From assembly GCA_001899805.1 (NCBI GenBank), contig MKWP01000008.1:80859-144858 (forward strand): 64,000 nt of DNA, read 5' to 3'. A model generated the notes under the pieces. The model saw only the letters and a list, made by a program, of their open reading frames with translations, was not told the origin of the DNA and searched no databases. The position numbers and the translations under genes are program-made. Origin of the DNA: Lysobacterales bacterium 66-474. GTDB taxonomy: Bacteria > Pseudomonadota > Gammaproteobacteria > Xanthomonadales > Rhodanobacteraceae. Positions within the stretch are counted from its first letter, which is position 1; each line of letters starts with the position of its first letter. Below, piece by piece: positions 1-9,434 of the stretch.

Positions 1-118
1 TAACCTTGCCGACACACGCAAGGGGGGCGTCGTGCCGCTGACTCCAGGACAACTCGCCCACGAGAGGATTGACGCATCGCTCGTCATGGCCGGTGCGCGT
101 TGCCACTGAGGGGGTGAG

Positions 119-2644
119 GTGAAAGAAGCGACCGCCCGAATCAAGATCAACCGTCTGCTCGACGCGGCGGGTTGGCGCTTCTTCGACGATGGCAGTGGTG
201 CGGCCAACATCCGCCTTGAGTCCAACGCCAGCATCAAGCAGGCCGACCTCGACGCGCTCGGCAACGATTTCGAGCGGACCGGCAAGGGCTTCATCGACTT
301 CCTGTTGCTGGACGAGCGCGGGTTTCCGCTGCTCGTGCTGGAAGCCAAGGCCGAGGACAAGAATCCTCTGGTCGGCAAGGAACAGGCGCGCCGCTACGCG
401 CGTTCCCAGAATTGCCGCTTCGTGATCCTGTCGAATGGCAACCTGCACTATTTCTGGGACCTGGAACGCGGCAACCCTTACGTCATCACGACGTTTCCCA
501 CGCCCGATTCCGTCACCGGCTACAGGAAGGTCGAACCGAACCCGAAGCAATTGATCGATGCTGATGTCGAACCGGATTACATCGTCCTCACCCAGCGTCC
601 GAACTACCGATCCGAAGCCGGATGGAAGAACGAAGCCGAACGCGCGGCGTACATCCAGGCCAACAAGCTGCGTTTCCTGCGCCCCTATCAGTTGCAGGCC
701 ATCCATCAATTGCAGCGCGCAGTGCGCGAAGGCAAGGACCGCTTCCTGTTCGAAATGGCCACCGGCACCGGCAAGACCCTCACCGCGGCAGCCGTGGTGA
801 AACTGTTCCTGCGCTCCGGCAATGCGCGACGCGTGCTGTTTCTTGTGGATCGCCTCGAATTGGAGGACCAGGCAAAAAAGCAGTTCAAGGCGCTGCTCGC
901 GGCCGACTTCCAGACGGTCATCTACAAGGAAAACCGAGACGACTGGCGGCGGGCCGAAATCGTGGTCACCACCGTGCAGTCGCTGCAATTCAACAACAAG
1001 TACCAGCGCGCGTTTTCGCCGACCGACTTCGACCTGGTGATTTCCGACGAGGCGCATCGTTCGATCGGCGGCAACGCCCGCGCCGTGTTCGATTATTTCG
1101 TCGGGTACAAACTGGGCCTCACGGCGACGCCCCGCGATTACCTGAAGCGTTTTGACAAGGCCAGGTCATCCAGCCGAGATCCGCGCGAAGCCGAACGCCG
1201 CCTGTTGCTGGATACCTACCGCACCTTCGGTTGCGGAAGCGGCGAGCCGACCTTCCGCTATTCGTTGCTCGATGGCGTGAAGGACGGGTATCTGGTCAAC
1301 CCGACCGTGGTCGATGCGCGCAGCGATGTCACCACGCAACTGCTGTCCGATTCCGGGTTCATCGTCACGGTCACCGACGACACCGGCGAGGAACAGGAAG
1401 AAGCCTACAAACAGCGCGAGTTCGAGAAGCGTTTTTTCTCGGAAGCCACCAACCAGATCCTGTGCAAGGCCTTCCTGGAAAACGCGTTGCGCGATCCGGT
1501 CAGCGGCGAGATCGGCAAGTCCATCGTGTTCGCGGTCAGCCAGAATCACGCGGCCAAACTCGCGCAGATCCTGAACGAAATGGCCGACCGCATGTTTCCC
1601 GGCAAGTACCAGTCCGACTTCGCGGTGCAGGTCACCAGCTCCGTCCCAAACGCCCAGCAAGCCACGATCAACTTCTCCAACAACAACCTGCTCGGCTCCG
1701 GGAACTTCATCCCCGGCTACAAGACCAGCAAGGCGCGCGTGTGCGTCACGGTCGGCATGATGACCACCGGCTACGACTGCACAGACCTTTTGAACATCGG
1801 CCTGTTCAGGCCGATCTTCTCGCCCACCGATTTCATCCAGATCAAGGGCCGCGGCACGCGCCGGCACAACTTCCTCGAAGAGCTTTTCGACGAGGCCGTC
1901 AAGGCCGGCGTCCGGCACCCGGAAAAGACCACCTTCAAGCTGTTCGATTTCTTCGCCAACTGCGAATACTTCGAGGAAAAGTTCAACTACGACCAGGTGC
2001 TGAAGCTGCCCAAACCCGTGCACAAAGGCGAAGGCGGCGAACCCCCGCCGCCACCGGGCGGCGACGAATACCGGCACCTCGGCAGCGACATCATCGCCTC
2101 GATGCGCGAAGAGGTGATTGCCGAAGACGGCATGAAGGTCGATCGCATGTTCTTCGACCGTTTCGGCGACGCCGTGCGCGCGGACGGCAACATCGCCGCG
2201 GCGGTCGAAGCGGGGCAGTGGGACAGGGTGATCGACTACGTCAATCGCGAGGTCTTCGACAAACCCGAGGACTACTACACGCTCGACAAGTTGCGCCGCG
2301 CGGCGGCGGTCGATCGCCGCGTGTCCCTGCGCGAGATCCTCGAAAAGGTGTTCGGCCTGATCCCGCGCTTCAAATCGAAGGACGAATTGCTGGAGGACGA
2401 GTTCGCCAAGTTCGTGGCCGACTGCAAGCCCGACGACGCGGCGACCATTCCCGCCATCAAGACCTTCTTCAAGGCCTACGTCGGCAGCAACCAGGTGCGC
2501 GGCAGCATCGACAGCCTCCAATTCACCGACCTTGCCACCAACCCGTTCTTCTCGTCCCGCGACTACAAGGCCGTGCCGCCGCGTTACCGCACCTTGATCC
2601 CCGACTACGTGAAGGATTACGTCAGTCTCAACCAATTCATGTGA
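119..2644 (+). CDS. hsdR: Type I restriction enzyme R subunit (short COG4096/EcoEI-like HsdR: PD-(D/E)xK nuclease + SF2 helicase + EcoEI_R_C-like tail)
   Basis: 841-aa ORF with GTG start after GAGGGGG. N-terminus KINRLLDAAGWRF and LLVLEAK nuclease-type motif; MATGTGKT Walker A; DEAH box (VISDEAHRS); QIKGRGTR motif VI. A methylase-specificity gene follows 150 nt downstream. Motif recall only. Confidence 0.85.
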   Translation: MKEATARIKINRLLDAAGWRFFDDGSGAANIRLESNASIKQADLDALGNDFERTGKGFIDFLLLDERGFPLLVLEAKAEDKNPLVGKEQARRYARSQNCRFVILSNGNLHYFWDLERGNPYVITTFPTPDSVTGYRKVEPNPKQLIDADVEPDYIVLTQRPNYRSEAGWKNEAERAAYIQANKLRFLRPYQLQAIHQLQRAVREGKDRFLFEMATGTGKTLTAAAVVKLFLRSGNARRVLFLVDRLELEDQAKKQFKALLAADFQTVIYKENRDDWRRAEIVVTTVQSLQFNNKYQRAFSPTDFDLVISDEAHRSIGGNARAVFDYFVGYKLGLTATPRDYLKRFDKARSSSRDPREAERRLLLDTYRTFGCGSGEPTFRYSLLDGVKDGYLVNPTVVDARSDVTTQLLSDSGFIVTVTDDTGEEQEEAYKQREFEKRFFSEATNQILCKAFLENALRDPVSGEIGKSIVFAVSQNHAAKLAQILNEMADRMFPGKYQSDFAVQVTSSVPNAQQATINFSNNNLLGSGNFIPGYKTSKARVCVTVGMMTTGYDCTDLLNIGLFRPIFSPTDFIQIKGRGTRRHNFLEELFDEAVKAGVRHPEKTTFKLFDFFANCEYFEEKFNYDQVLKLPKPVHKGEGGEPPPPPGGDEYRHLGSDIIASMREEVIAEDGMKVDRMFFDRFGDAVRADGNIAAAVEAGQWDRVIDYVNREVFDKPEDYYTLDKLRRAAAVDRRVSLREILEKVFGLIPRFKSKDELLEDEFAKFVADCKPDDAATIPAIKTFFKAYVGSNQVRGSIDSLQFTDLATNPFFSSRDYKAVPPRYRTLIPDYVKDYVSLNQFM

Positions 2645-2793
2645 GGCGAATGATGATCGATCAGTAATCCGTTCGCCCTGAGCGTAGGCGCGAAGCGCCG
2701 AAGTCGAAGGGTATTCCATCTTGTGCTTCGACTCCGCTTGCTTCGCAAGCTACGCTCAGCACGAACGCGTAAACACAACGACCGTATTGAACC

Positions 2794-5319
2794 ATGCTGG
2801 ACACCGACACCAAACGCCGCATCGACACCGCCCGCGACATCCTGGTCGGCAAGGTGCCCGACCCCAAGAGCCAGGTCGAGCAGATCACCATCGCGCTGAT
2901 CTACAAGTTCATGGACGACATGGACGCCGACGCCGAGGAGATGGGCGGCCAGCGCAAGTTCTTCGCGGGCGACTACGCGCGTTACGGTTGGTCGAAGCTG
3001 ATGCAGCCCGGCCTCGGCGGCCACGAAATGTTGAATCTGTATGCCGAAGGCATCCAGAAGATGCCGGAGAACCCTGGCATCCCGCCGCTGTTCCGCGAAA
3101 TCTTCAAGAACGCCTTCCTGCCGTATCGCGATCCGGAAACGCTGAAGGCGTTCCTGAAGATCATCGACGAATTCAGCTACGACCATTCCGAACGCCTCGG
3201 CGACGCCTTCGAATACCTGCTCTCGGTGTTGGGCTCGCAGGGCGACGCCGGTCAGTTCCGCACCCCGCGCCACATCATCGACTTCATCGTCGAAATCGTG
3301 GACCCGAAGAAGCACGAAACCGTGCTGGACCCGGCCTGCGGCACCGCCGGCTTCCTGATTTCAAGCTACAAGCACATCCTCAAGGCCAACACCGACGCCA
3401 AGGGTCACAGCATCCTGACGCCCGACGAACGCGCGCGCCTCGCCGCCAACTTCACCGGCTACGACATTTCACCCGACATGGTGCGGCTCTCCCTGGTGAA
3501 CCTGTACCTGCACGGCTTCCCCGATCCGCACATCGCCGAGTACGACACCCTCACCAGCCTCGACCGCTGGAATGAACACGCGGACGTGATCCTTGCCAAT
3601 CCGCCGTTCATGTCGCCGAAGGGCGGCATCCGCCCGCACAACCGTTTCGGCGTGCAGAGCAAACGCAGCGAAGTGCTGTTCGTCGACTACATGGCCGAGC
3701 ACCTGACCCCCAACGGCCGCGCCGGCATCATCGTGCCCGAAGGCATCATCTTCCAGAGCCAGACAGCGTACAAGCAACTGCGCAAGCTGCTGGTGGAGGA
3801 TTATCTCGTCGCCGTGGTTTCGCTACCGGCCGGCGTGTTCAATCCGTATTCCGGCGTCAAGACGTCGATCCTGGTCCTCGACAAGTCGCTGGCCAAGCGC
3901 GCGCAGACCATTGGGTTCTTCAAGGTCGAAAACGATGGCTACAGCCTTGGCGCGCAGCGGCGTCCGATCGACAAGGACGACCTGCCGCAAGTGCTGACGG
4001 AGATTGACGAGTATCTGCAAAAGCTGCGCGCTGGCGATTCGATCGCGGACTACTCGCCGTCGCTCGGGCTGATCGTGCCGAAGGAAAAGATCGCCGCGAA
4101 TGGCGACTACAACTTGAGCGGGGAGCGGTATCGGGATACTGCGATCGCCAACCATGCGTTTCAAAAAGTTGCTCTTGGTGAGGTGTGCACGAAGATTACC
4201 GACGGTTCGCACAACCCGCCCGCTCGGGTTGATGCGGGCGAACTCCTGCTCAGCTCACAAAACGTGTTCAACAATCGCCTCGAACTGGCAAATGTGCGAT
4301 ACGTCACTCCTCAGGCTTTTCGCGAAGAGGATAAGCGGACTCGAATCGCAGTCGGAGACCTCTTGCTCACGATTGTTGGAACGATCGGCAGATGCTTGGT
4401 GGTGACACCAGAAATGCCGCGTTTCGCTTTGCAACGCAGCGTAGCTGTGTTCGGCTGCGATCAGGCGCGGCTCTTGCCAGCGTTCCTGGCGCGTCTTCTG
4501 CAGTCGTCTGCAATGCAGCTAACGCTACAGAGGCTTGCGAAAGGAGTCGCACAATCTGGCGTCTACCTCCGTGATCTGCGTGGTCTTGAAATCCCGCTGC
4601 CACCGCTGGACGTTCAGAAGGAAATCGTGGCGGAGATCGAGGGCTACCAGAAAGTCATCGACGGCGCCCGCGCCGTCCTCGACAACTACCGCCCGCACAT
4701 TGCCATTGATCCCGACTGGCCGAGGGTGCCGATTGGTGAGGTGTGCACGCTTTTCAACGGACGAGCATTCAAACCATCAGATTGGAAAAAAGCCGATAGC
4801 GGTGGACTACCGATTGTTCGAATTCAAAATCTCAACGATGCTACCGCGGAATTTAACTACTTCACGGGCGAAGTATCTACGAAGAACACCATCGAGAGCG
4901 GTGAATTACTGTTTTCGTGGTCGGGTTCGCGAGGTACATCATTCGGCGCTCACATATGGTTTGGACCAAGAGCGGTTCTCAATCAGCACATCTTCAAGGT
5001 TGAGTTTTCATCCAAGCGCGCAAACAAAGTTTTCTTACTTCATGGATTGAACGATGCAGTTGCCGAGGTCGAAGACAATCTTCACGGTGGGGTTGGCCTT
5101 GTGCATATCACCAAGGGCGATCTTGAGCGCATCAAGATCCCGCTTCCATCCATTGTCGAACAAAATGCAGTGGTGAAGGAAATTGAGAGCGAGCAGGCGC
5201 TGGTCAACGCCAGCCGCGAACTGATCGCGCGCATGGAAAAGAAAATCCAGGCCACGCTCGCCCGCGTCTGGGGTGAGGAATCCACGCCGCGCGGCAAGGA
5301 AGACCAGCAAGCCGCGTAG
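2794..5319 (+). CDS. Type I R-M methyltransferase fused to a complete specificity subunit (HsdM-HsdS fusion)
   Basis: 841-aa uninterrupted ORF. HsdM-type N-terminus (RIDTARDILVGKVPDPKSQVEQIT), AdoMet motif DPACGTAGFL and catalytic NPPF (LANPPFM). From about aa 455 there are two HsdS target-recognition domains, each opening with GEVC (LGEVCTKITDGSH; IGEVCTLFNGRAF), separated by coiled conserved regions (LPPLDVQKEIVAEIEGYQ; LPSIVEQNAVVKEIESEQ). Confidence 0.85.
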   Translation: MLDTDTKRRIDTARDILVGKVPDPKSQVEQITIALIYKFMDDMDADAEEMGGQRKFFAGDYARYGWSKLMQPGLGGHEMLNLYAEGIQKMPENPGIPPLFREIFKNAFLPYRDPETLKAFLKIIDEFSYDHSERLGDAFEYLLSVLGSQGDAGQFRTPRHIIDFIVEIVDPKKHETVLDPACGTAGFLISSYKHILKANTDAKGHSILTPDERARLAANFTGYDISPDMVRLSLVNLYLHGFPDPHIAEYDTLTSLDRWNEHADVILANPPFMSPKGGIRPHNRFGVQSKRSEVLFVDYMAEHLTPNGRAGIIVPEGIIFQSQTAYKQLRKLLVEDYLVAVVSLPAGVFNPYSGVKTSILVLDKSLAKRAQTIGFFKVENDGYSLGAQRRPIDKDDLPQVLTEIDEYLQKLRAGDSIADYSPSLGLIVPKEKIAANGDYNLSGERYRDTAIANHAFQKVALGEVCTKITDGSHNPPARVDAGELLLSSQNVFNNRLELANVRYVTPQAFREEDKRTRIAVGDLLLTIVGTIGRCLVVTPEMPRFALQRSVAVFGCDQARLLPAFLARLLQSSAMQLTLQRLAKGVAQSGVYLRDLRGLEIPLPPLDVQKEIVAEIEGYQKVIDGARAVLDNYRPHIAIDPDWPRVPIGEVCTLFNGRAFKPSDWKKADSGGLPIVRIQNLNDATAEFNYFTGEVSTKNTIESGELLFSWSGSRGTSFGAHIWFGPRAVLNQHIFKVEFSSKRANKVFLLHGLNDAVAEVEDNLHGGVGLVHITKGDLERIKIPLPSIVEQNAVVKEIESEQALVNASRELIARMEKKIQATLARVWGEESTPRGKEDQQAA

Positions 5320-5336
5320 TCCGCGGTTTCCGTTGA

Positions 5337-5569
5337 CCTGATTAGCCCCGCATCTCAGCCGGATCAACCCCTCTCCCTCCGGGAGAGGCGCGCGCAGCGC
5401 GAGCGCGTAGCGCTCCCCGCAGGGGCGGGTGAGGGTACGCTCTTGCGAAGTAACGCCGATTCGCGCTTGAACTCGCCATTGGCGTGCCCGAACCCTCATC
5501 CGGCGCTTCGCGCCACCTTCTCCCGGAGGGAGAAGGGAAAAGCCGGTTGAGGGATAGGGCTAATCAGGT
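5337..5569. repeat. MITE-like composite element carrying two GC-rich palindromic (REP-type) modules
   Basis: Terminal inverted repeats ACCTGATTAGCCC (5336-5348) and GGGCTAATCAGGT (5557-5569). CGTTGA lies just outside both ends (5331-5336, 5571-5576). The interior modules CCCCTCTCCCTCCGGGAGAGG and CCTTCTCCCGGAGGGAGAAGGG recur at 15328-15449 and 26092-26236. Confidence 0.55.
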
Positions 5570-5665
5570 CCGTTGAAGCCAACGTGTCTCGGCGTTTGAG
5601 ACGGCGCCATGGCAGGTTCGTGCCGACCCGGCCGGTTGTCGGCTCGGGCACTCAGGAACAGGGCC

Positions 5666-5953
5666 ATGACAGACAGTATCGAGATCAAGTGCATCAACAA
5701 GGGTGATCGTCCCAATCCGCACGAACGCATCACTTACGTTGGTGGCGTCAACCCGAACGGTTCGCGCTGGAAGCTCAGCCAGTCCGAAGCCATCGCAGGT
5801 ATCGAAAGCGGGAAGTGGTCGTTCTACGTGACGCGAGGCTTGCGAACCGTATGGGTGGTCGTGGCGACCAGCCGCTACGGCAACAAGTACCTCAAGACCG
5901 AAGCGGACGGCGAGCAGCCGGACAATCTGCTCAGCTTGCCGGAATGTCCCTGA
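5666..5953 (+). CDS. DUF3892-like small protein
   Basis: 95 aa from the internal ATG at 5666 (MTDSIEIKCINKGDRPNPHERITYVGG...WKLSQSEAIAGIESGKWSFYV). This resembles the DUF3892 pattern as I recall it. High-GC3 codons. Confidence 0.55.
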   Translation: MTDSIEIKCINKGDRPNPHERITYVGGVNPNGSRWKLSQSEAIAGIESGKWSFYVTRGLRTVWVVVATSRYGNKYLKTEADGEQPDNLLSLPECP

Positions 5954-6038
5954 TCGTTGGTGTTGCGCCCGATCCAGGCGTGTGCCGGGATCGTGGCAAA
6001 GCGATGGGATTGATCCTGGTCGCGCTCTGTCCCAAACA

Positions 6039-6064
6039 TTCGGTAGTTGTGTACAATTACCGAA
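6039..6064 (+). promoter_or_regulatory. Imperfect 12-2-12 inverted repeat upstream of abiEi (candidate autoregulatory operator)
   Basis: TTCGGTAGTTGT-GT-ACAATTACCGAA with 11/12 arm complementarity. It lies 4-19 nt upstream of the candidate AbiEi starts (6068 or 6083). Confidence 0.35.
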
Positions 6065-6082
6065 AGTATGGGACGTTACGAC

Positions 6083-6682
6083 ATGCCCTCGATCGACCGC
6101 AAAATCACGCAACTGCTGCACCGGAGCGGCACCGTTCGTGCGCGGGAGCTGGAGGCGCTGGGGGTGGCGCGCAGGCAGCTTTCGCGGATGGTGGCCGCGG
6201 GCCAGCTTACCCGTGTCGGACGCGGGCTTTACGCACTGCCGGGTTATCGCGGGGGAGAACACGAGGCGCTGCTGGCGGTGGCCCGGCGCGCGCCCGGCAT
6301 CCTGTTTTGCCTGCTCACGGCGCTGCGACTGCACGAGCTGACCACGCAGGCGCCGTTCGAAGTGTGGATCGCGATCGGCAACAGGGATCATCCGCCGCGC
6401 CTCGATTACCCGCCGCTGCGCACGGTGCGCCTGTCGGCTCCGTCGCTGGCCGCGGGGGTGGAGACGCGTCGGATCGACGGCGTGGCGGTGCGCGTCACCA
6501 GCGCGGCCAAGACGGTGGCCGATTGCTTCAAGTTCCGCAACAAGATCGGACTGGACGTGGCGCTGGAGGCCCTGCGTGAAGCGCGGCGCTCACGCAAGGC
6601 CGGCGCCGATGATCTGTGGCGCTATGCGCAGATCAATCGCGTGGCCAACGTGATGCGGCCCTACCTGGAAGCGATCGCGTGA
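6083..6682 (+). CDS. abiEi: Type IV toxin-antitoxin antitoxin, AbiEi family
   Basis: N-terminal wHTH-like segment KITQLLHRSGTVRARELEALGVARRQLSRMVAAGQLTRVGRGLYALPG is typical of AbiEi. The stop overlaps the next gene start (GTGA at 6679-6682). Start is ambiguous (ATG 6068 or 6083). Confidence 0.8.
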   Translation: MPSIDRKITQLLHRSGTVRARELEALGVARRQLSRMVAAGQLTRVGRGLYALPGYRGGEHEALLAVARRAPGILFCLLTALRLHELTTQAPFEVWIAIGNRDHPPRLDYPPLRTVRLSAPSLAAGVETRRIDGVAVRVTSAAKTVADCFKFRNKIGLDVALEALREARRSRKAGADDLWRYAQINRVANVMRPYLEAIA

Positions 6683-7545
6683 GCGCTGCGTCGCCGGCGT
6701 CCATCCATGCGCGCTTGTTGAACCTGGCCAAAGCACGCGGTGAAGATTTCAACCTGGTGCTGGTGCGTTACGCGACCGAGCGGTTCCTGTACCGGCTGTC
6801 GCGGTTGCCGGCGCGCGAGTCGTACTGGTTGAAGGGCGCCATGTTGTTTGACCTGTGGTTCGATGTGGCGCACCGGCCCACCCGCGATGCCGATTTCCTC
6901 GGTTTCGGTCCGATGGAGTCCGGTGTGTTGGCGAACACCGTGCGCGAAGTCTGTGCCGTGGCCGCAGAAGATGGCATGAGTTTCGACGCGGACTCGATCG
7001 TGATCGACGAGATTCGGGAGGATGCGCGCTACGGCGGCCTGCGCGTGCGGCTGGTGGGGCGACTCGGCAATGCGCGGGCGACGGTGCAACTGGATGTGGG
7101 CTACGGTGATGCAGTGACGCCGGGACCGGAGGACGCCGTGTACCCCACGCTGCTGGACGGCCAGCCGGCGCCGCGCCTGCGCGTCTATCCGCGCGCTTCG
7201 GTGGTCGCGGAGAAGCTGGAGGCCATCGTGAGCCTCGGCATGGCCAACAGTCGCTTGAAGGATTATTTCGATCTGCGCGCCTTGGCACGCGAAGGTCTGC
7301 TGGACGCACGGCAACTGGGCGAGGCCATTGCCGCGACATTTGCGCGTCGCGGCACCGGCGTGCCGATGGAGATGCCGCTTGGACTGACGGAGGAATTCGC
7401 GCGCGACCCGACCAAGCAAAGGCAGTGGCAAGCATTTCTCGGCAGGAATCGCCTGCAAGCGCCGTCACTGGAGCAGGTGGTAAGAGACGTCCGGGATCTC
7501 GTTGCGGTACCGTTGGCTTTGGCACGAAAAGGGGGAAGCAAGTGA
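6679..7545 (+). CDS. abiEii: Nucleotidyltransferase toxin, AbiEii/AbiGii family
   Basis: 288 aa from a GTG overlapping the abiEi stop. ARLLNLAKARGEDFNLVLVRYATERFLYRLS...WLKGAMLF...PTRDADFLG...YGGLRVRL matches my recollection of the AbiEii (DUF1814) nucleotidyltransferase core. Confidence 0.85.
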   Translation: MSAASPASIHARLLNLAKARGEDFNLVLVRYATERFLYRLSRLPARESYWLKGAMLFDLWFDVAHRPTRDADFLGFGPMESGVLANTVREVCAVAAEDGMSFDADSIVIDEIREDARYGGLRVRLVGRLGNARATVQLDVGYGDAVTPGPEDAVYPTLLDGQPAPRLRVYPRASVVAEKLEAIVSLGMANSRLKDYFDLRALAREGLLDARQLGEAIAATFARRGTGVPMEMPLGLTEEFARDPTKQRQWQAFLGRNRLQAPSLEQVVRDVRDLVAVPLALARKGGSK

Positions 7546-8471
7546 GCGACGTCCAGTTGTTTCGTCTCGCGGGCGCGAGCGCGGTGGAACTTCCCGGTCG
7601 TGCCGCGACGGTCGAAAAGCACCTGCAGACCCTGATCGAATCGCAGATGCAGGCGTTTCTTGGCGTGCGCTTCCTCGCCAGCGAGTACGCCACTGGCAAG
7701 ACCCATCGCGGGCGCATCGATTCGCTGGGTCTCGATGAAAACGCATGCCCGGTCATCATCGAATACAAGCGCCACAGCAACGAAAACGTGATCAACCAGG
7801 GCCTGTTCTATCTGGACTGGCTGCTGGATCATCGCGCGGAGTTCCAGTTGCTGGTGATGCAAAAGTTCGGCAACGAGACCGCCAATGCGATCGACTGGGC
7901 CGGGACGCGCCTGTTGTGCATCGCCGCCGATTTCACCCGTTACGACGAACACGCCGTGCAGCAGATTCCGCGCAACGTGGAACTGATCCGCTACAAATTG
8001 TTCGGCGACGACTTGCTGTTGCTCGACCTCGTGAACGCAGTAAGCGTTGGCGATGCTGCCGCGGCCAAGGCCGGTGAGGTTAACGTCGCGGCGCCCGCGA
8101 AGCCCAAGGCGCTCGGGAAGGACAAGACCGCCGAGGAACAGTTGGCACAGGCGCACCCGGAAACCCGCAAATTGTATGAAGCCACGGCAAGTTACCTGCT
8201 GGCTTTGGGCGACGATGTGCAGGAAAAGCAGCTGAAGCAATACATGGCATTTCGGCGCTTGAAGAATTTCGCCTGCATCGTGCCGTACAAGGACAAGCTG
8301 CTGGTCATGTTGAAGCTCGACCCGGATACTGTGGCGATCGAAGCCGGGTTCAGCCGCGACGTTCGCAACATCGGTTCCTGGGGTACAGGTGACCTTGAGC
8401 TGACCTTGCGCAACCAGAACGACCTCGCACGCGCCTTGCCGTTGCTGGAACGCAGTTACAACGAAAACTAA
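7542..8471 (+). CDS. NucS/DUF91-like PD-(D/E)xK endonuclease domain fused to a DUF5655-like C-terminal domain
   Basis: 309 aa from GTG 7542, which overlaps the abiEii stop (GTGA); GGGGGAAG RBS at 7531-7538. GRIDSLGLDENACPVIIEYKR is a nuclease-type D...E-x-K motif. The C-terminal part (YMAFRRLKNFACIVPYKDKLLVMLKLD) looks DUF5655-like. Confidence 0.6.
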   Translation: MSDVQLFRLAGASAVELPGRAATVEKHLQTLIESQMQAFLGVRFLASEYATGKTHRGRIDSLGLDENACPVIIEYKRHSNENVINQGLFYLDWLLDHRAEFQLLVMQKFGNETANAIDWAGTRLLCIAADFTRYDEHAVQQIPRNVELIRYKLFGDDLLLLDLVNAVSVGDAAAAKAGEVNVAAPAKPKALGKDKTAEEQLAQAHPETRKLYEATASYLLALGDDVQEKQLKQYMAFRRLKNFACIVPYKDKLLVMLKLDPDTVAIEAGFSRDVRNIGSWGTGDLELTLRNQNDLARALPLLERSYNEN

Positions 8472-8510
8472 TGGTGTTGCGCAAGATTGATCCGACCGGG
8501 GAGCCAGGTC

Positions 8511-9380
8511 ATGCCACTATCCAGAACTGATACCGATCCCGCCATCGGTGATACCACCGACCTCGATGGCGGCCTCGACGCGATCGCACGCAACGCCGGC
8601 TACGCCGATGGCCTGGAATACGCGGGCTTCTGGGTTCGCCTCGGTGCGGTGCTGATCGACACGATCCTGCTGCTGTTCGTCACGATGCCGCTGTTGATCT
8701 GGGTTTACGGCTGGAGCTACGTGAGCGACGACCGCCTGATCCATGGTCCCGCCGAGATCTGGATTTCCTGGGTGGCGCCCGCGGTCGCGACGGTGTTGTT
8801 CTGGAGGTTCTGGCAGGCGACGCCCGGCAAGGCGATGTTGTCGCTGCGCGTGGTCGATGCCGACACCGGCAAGACGCTTTCGGTCGGGCAGGCCGCGGCG
8901 CGTTATCTCTGCTACATCCTTTCCATGTTGCCGCTGGGCCTCGGGTTCATCTGGGTGGCGTTCGACCGCAGGAAACAGGGCTGGCACGACAAGATCGCGC
9001 AAACCGTGGTGGTGCGTGCCAGGGATCGCGGGCCGGAGCGCGTGCGCTTTGGCGAGCGTTCCAGTCCTGACGCGGGCTACGCCGCGGGACGCGCGCGTTT
9101 GCGAGGATCGCATATGGGCTGGATTGTCGCTGCTGCGGTGCTCGTTGTCGGCTTGTTGCTCGTCGCGGCTTGGGCCATCGCATTGCCCGAGGTGAGGATG
9201 GTCCCATGGCGCACCGTGGGCTTGCTCACGGAGTACCGTTCGATGCAGATTCCGGTACACCAGCCGTATCCTCCGGGCACTGTGTGTTACGGCGGCTATC
9301 TTGAACACGTCGACGTTCGCGCGCGCACCAGTTATCAAGTCGCGGACGATCACGGCAGGCGCGTTCCCTGTTTGCCGTAG
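8511..9380 (+). CDS. RDD family membrane protein with an extra C-terminal TM segment and a ~70-aa tail
   Basis: YAGFWVRLGAVLIDTILL...ATPGKAMLSLRVVD...FDRRKQGWHDKIAQTVVV is the RDD domain pattern. ATG at 8511 preferred over the TTG at 8487. Confidence 0.75.
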   Translation: MPLSRTDTDPAIGDTTDLDGGLDAIARNAGYADGLEYAGFWVRLGAVLIDTILLLFVTMPLLIWVYGWSYVSDDRLIHGPAEIWISWVAPAVATVLFWRFWQATPGKAMLSLRVVDADTGKTLSVGQAAARYLCYILSMLPLGLGFIWVAFDRRKQGWHDKIAQTVVVRARDRGPERVRFGERSSPDAGYAAGRARLRGSHMGWIVAAAVLVVGLLLVAAWAIALPEVRMVPWRTVGLLTEYRSMQIPVHQPYPPGTVCYGGYLEHVDVRARTSYQVADDHGRRVPCLP

Positions 9381-9434
9381 TGCCTGCGTGATCGCAGGGC
9401 GTTCTTGCTTGCGCAGGGACGACGGCAACAAGCC

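Noticed and set aside
1166-2719. 517-aa minus-strand ORF antisense to hsdR, plus a 478-aa off-frame plus-strand ORF at 1231-2667
   Set aside because: The products are Arg/Gly/Ala/Val-rich low-information sequences typical of shadow frames in high-GC DNA. The hsdR frame carries clear helicase and nuclease motifs.
119-5319. Single-polypeptide Type ISP or Type IIG enzyme
   Set aside because: The nuclease-helicase and the methylase-specificity functions sit on two separate ORFs with a 150-nt gap. That fits a Type I system with an M-S fusion better.
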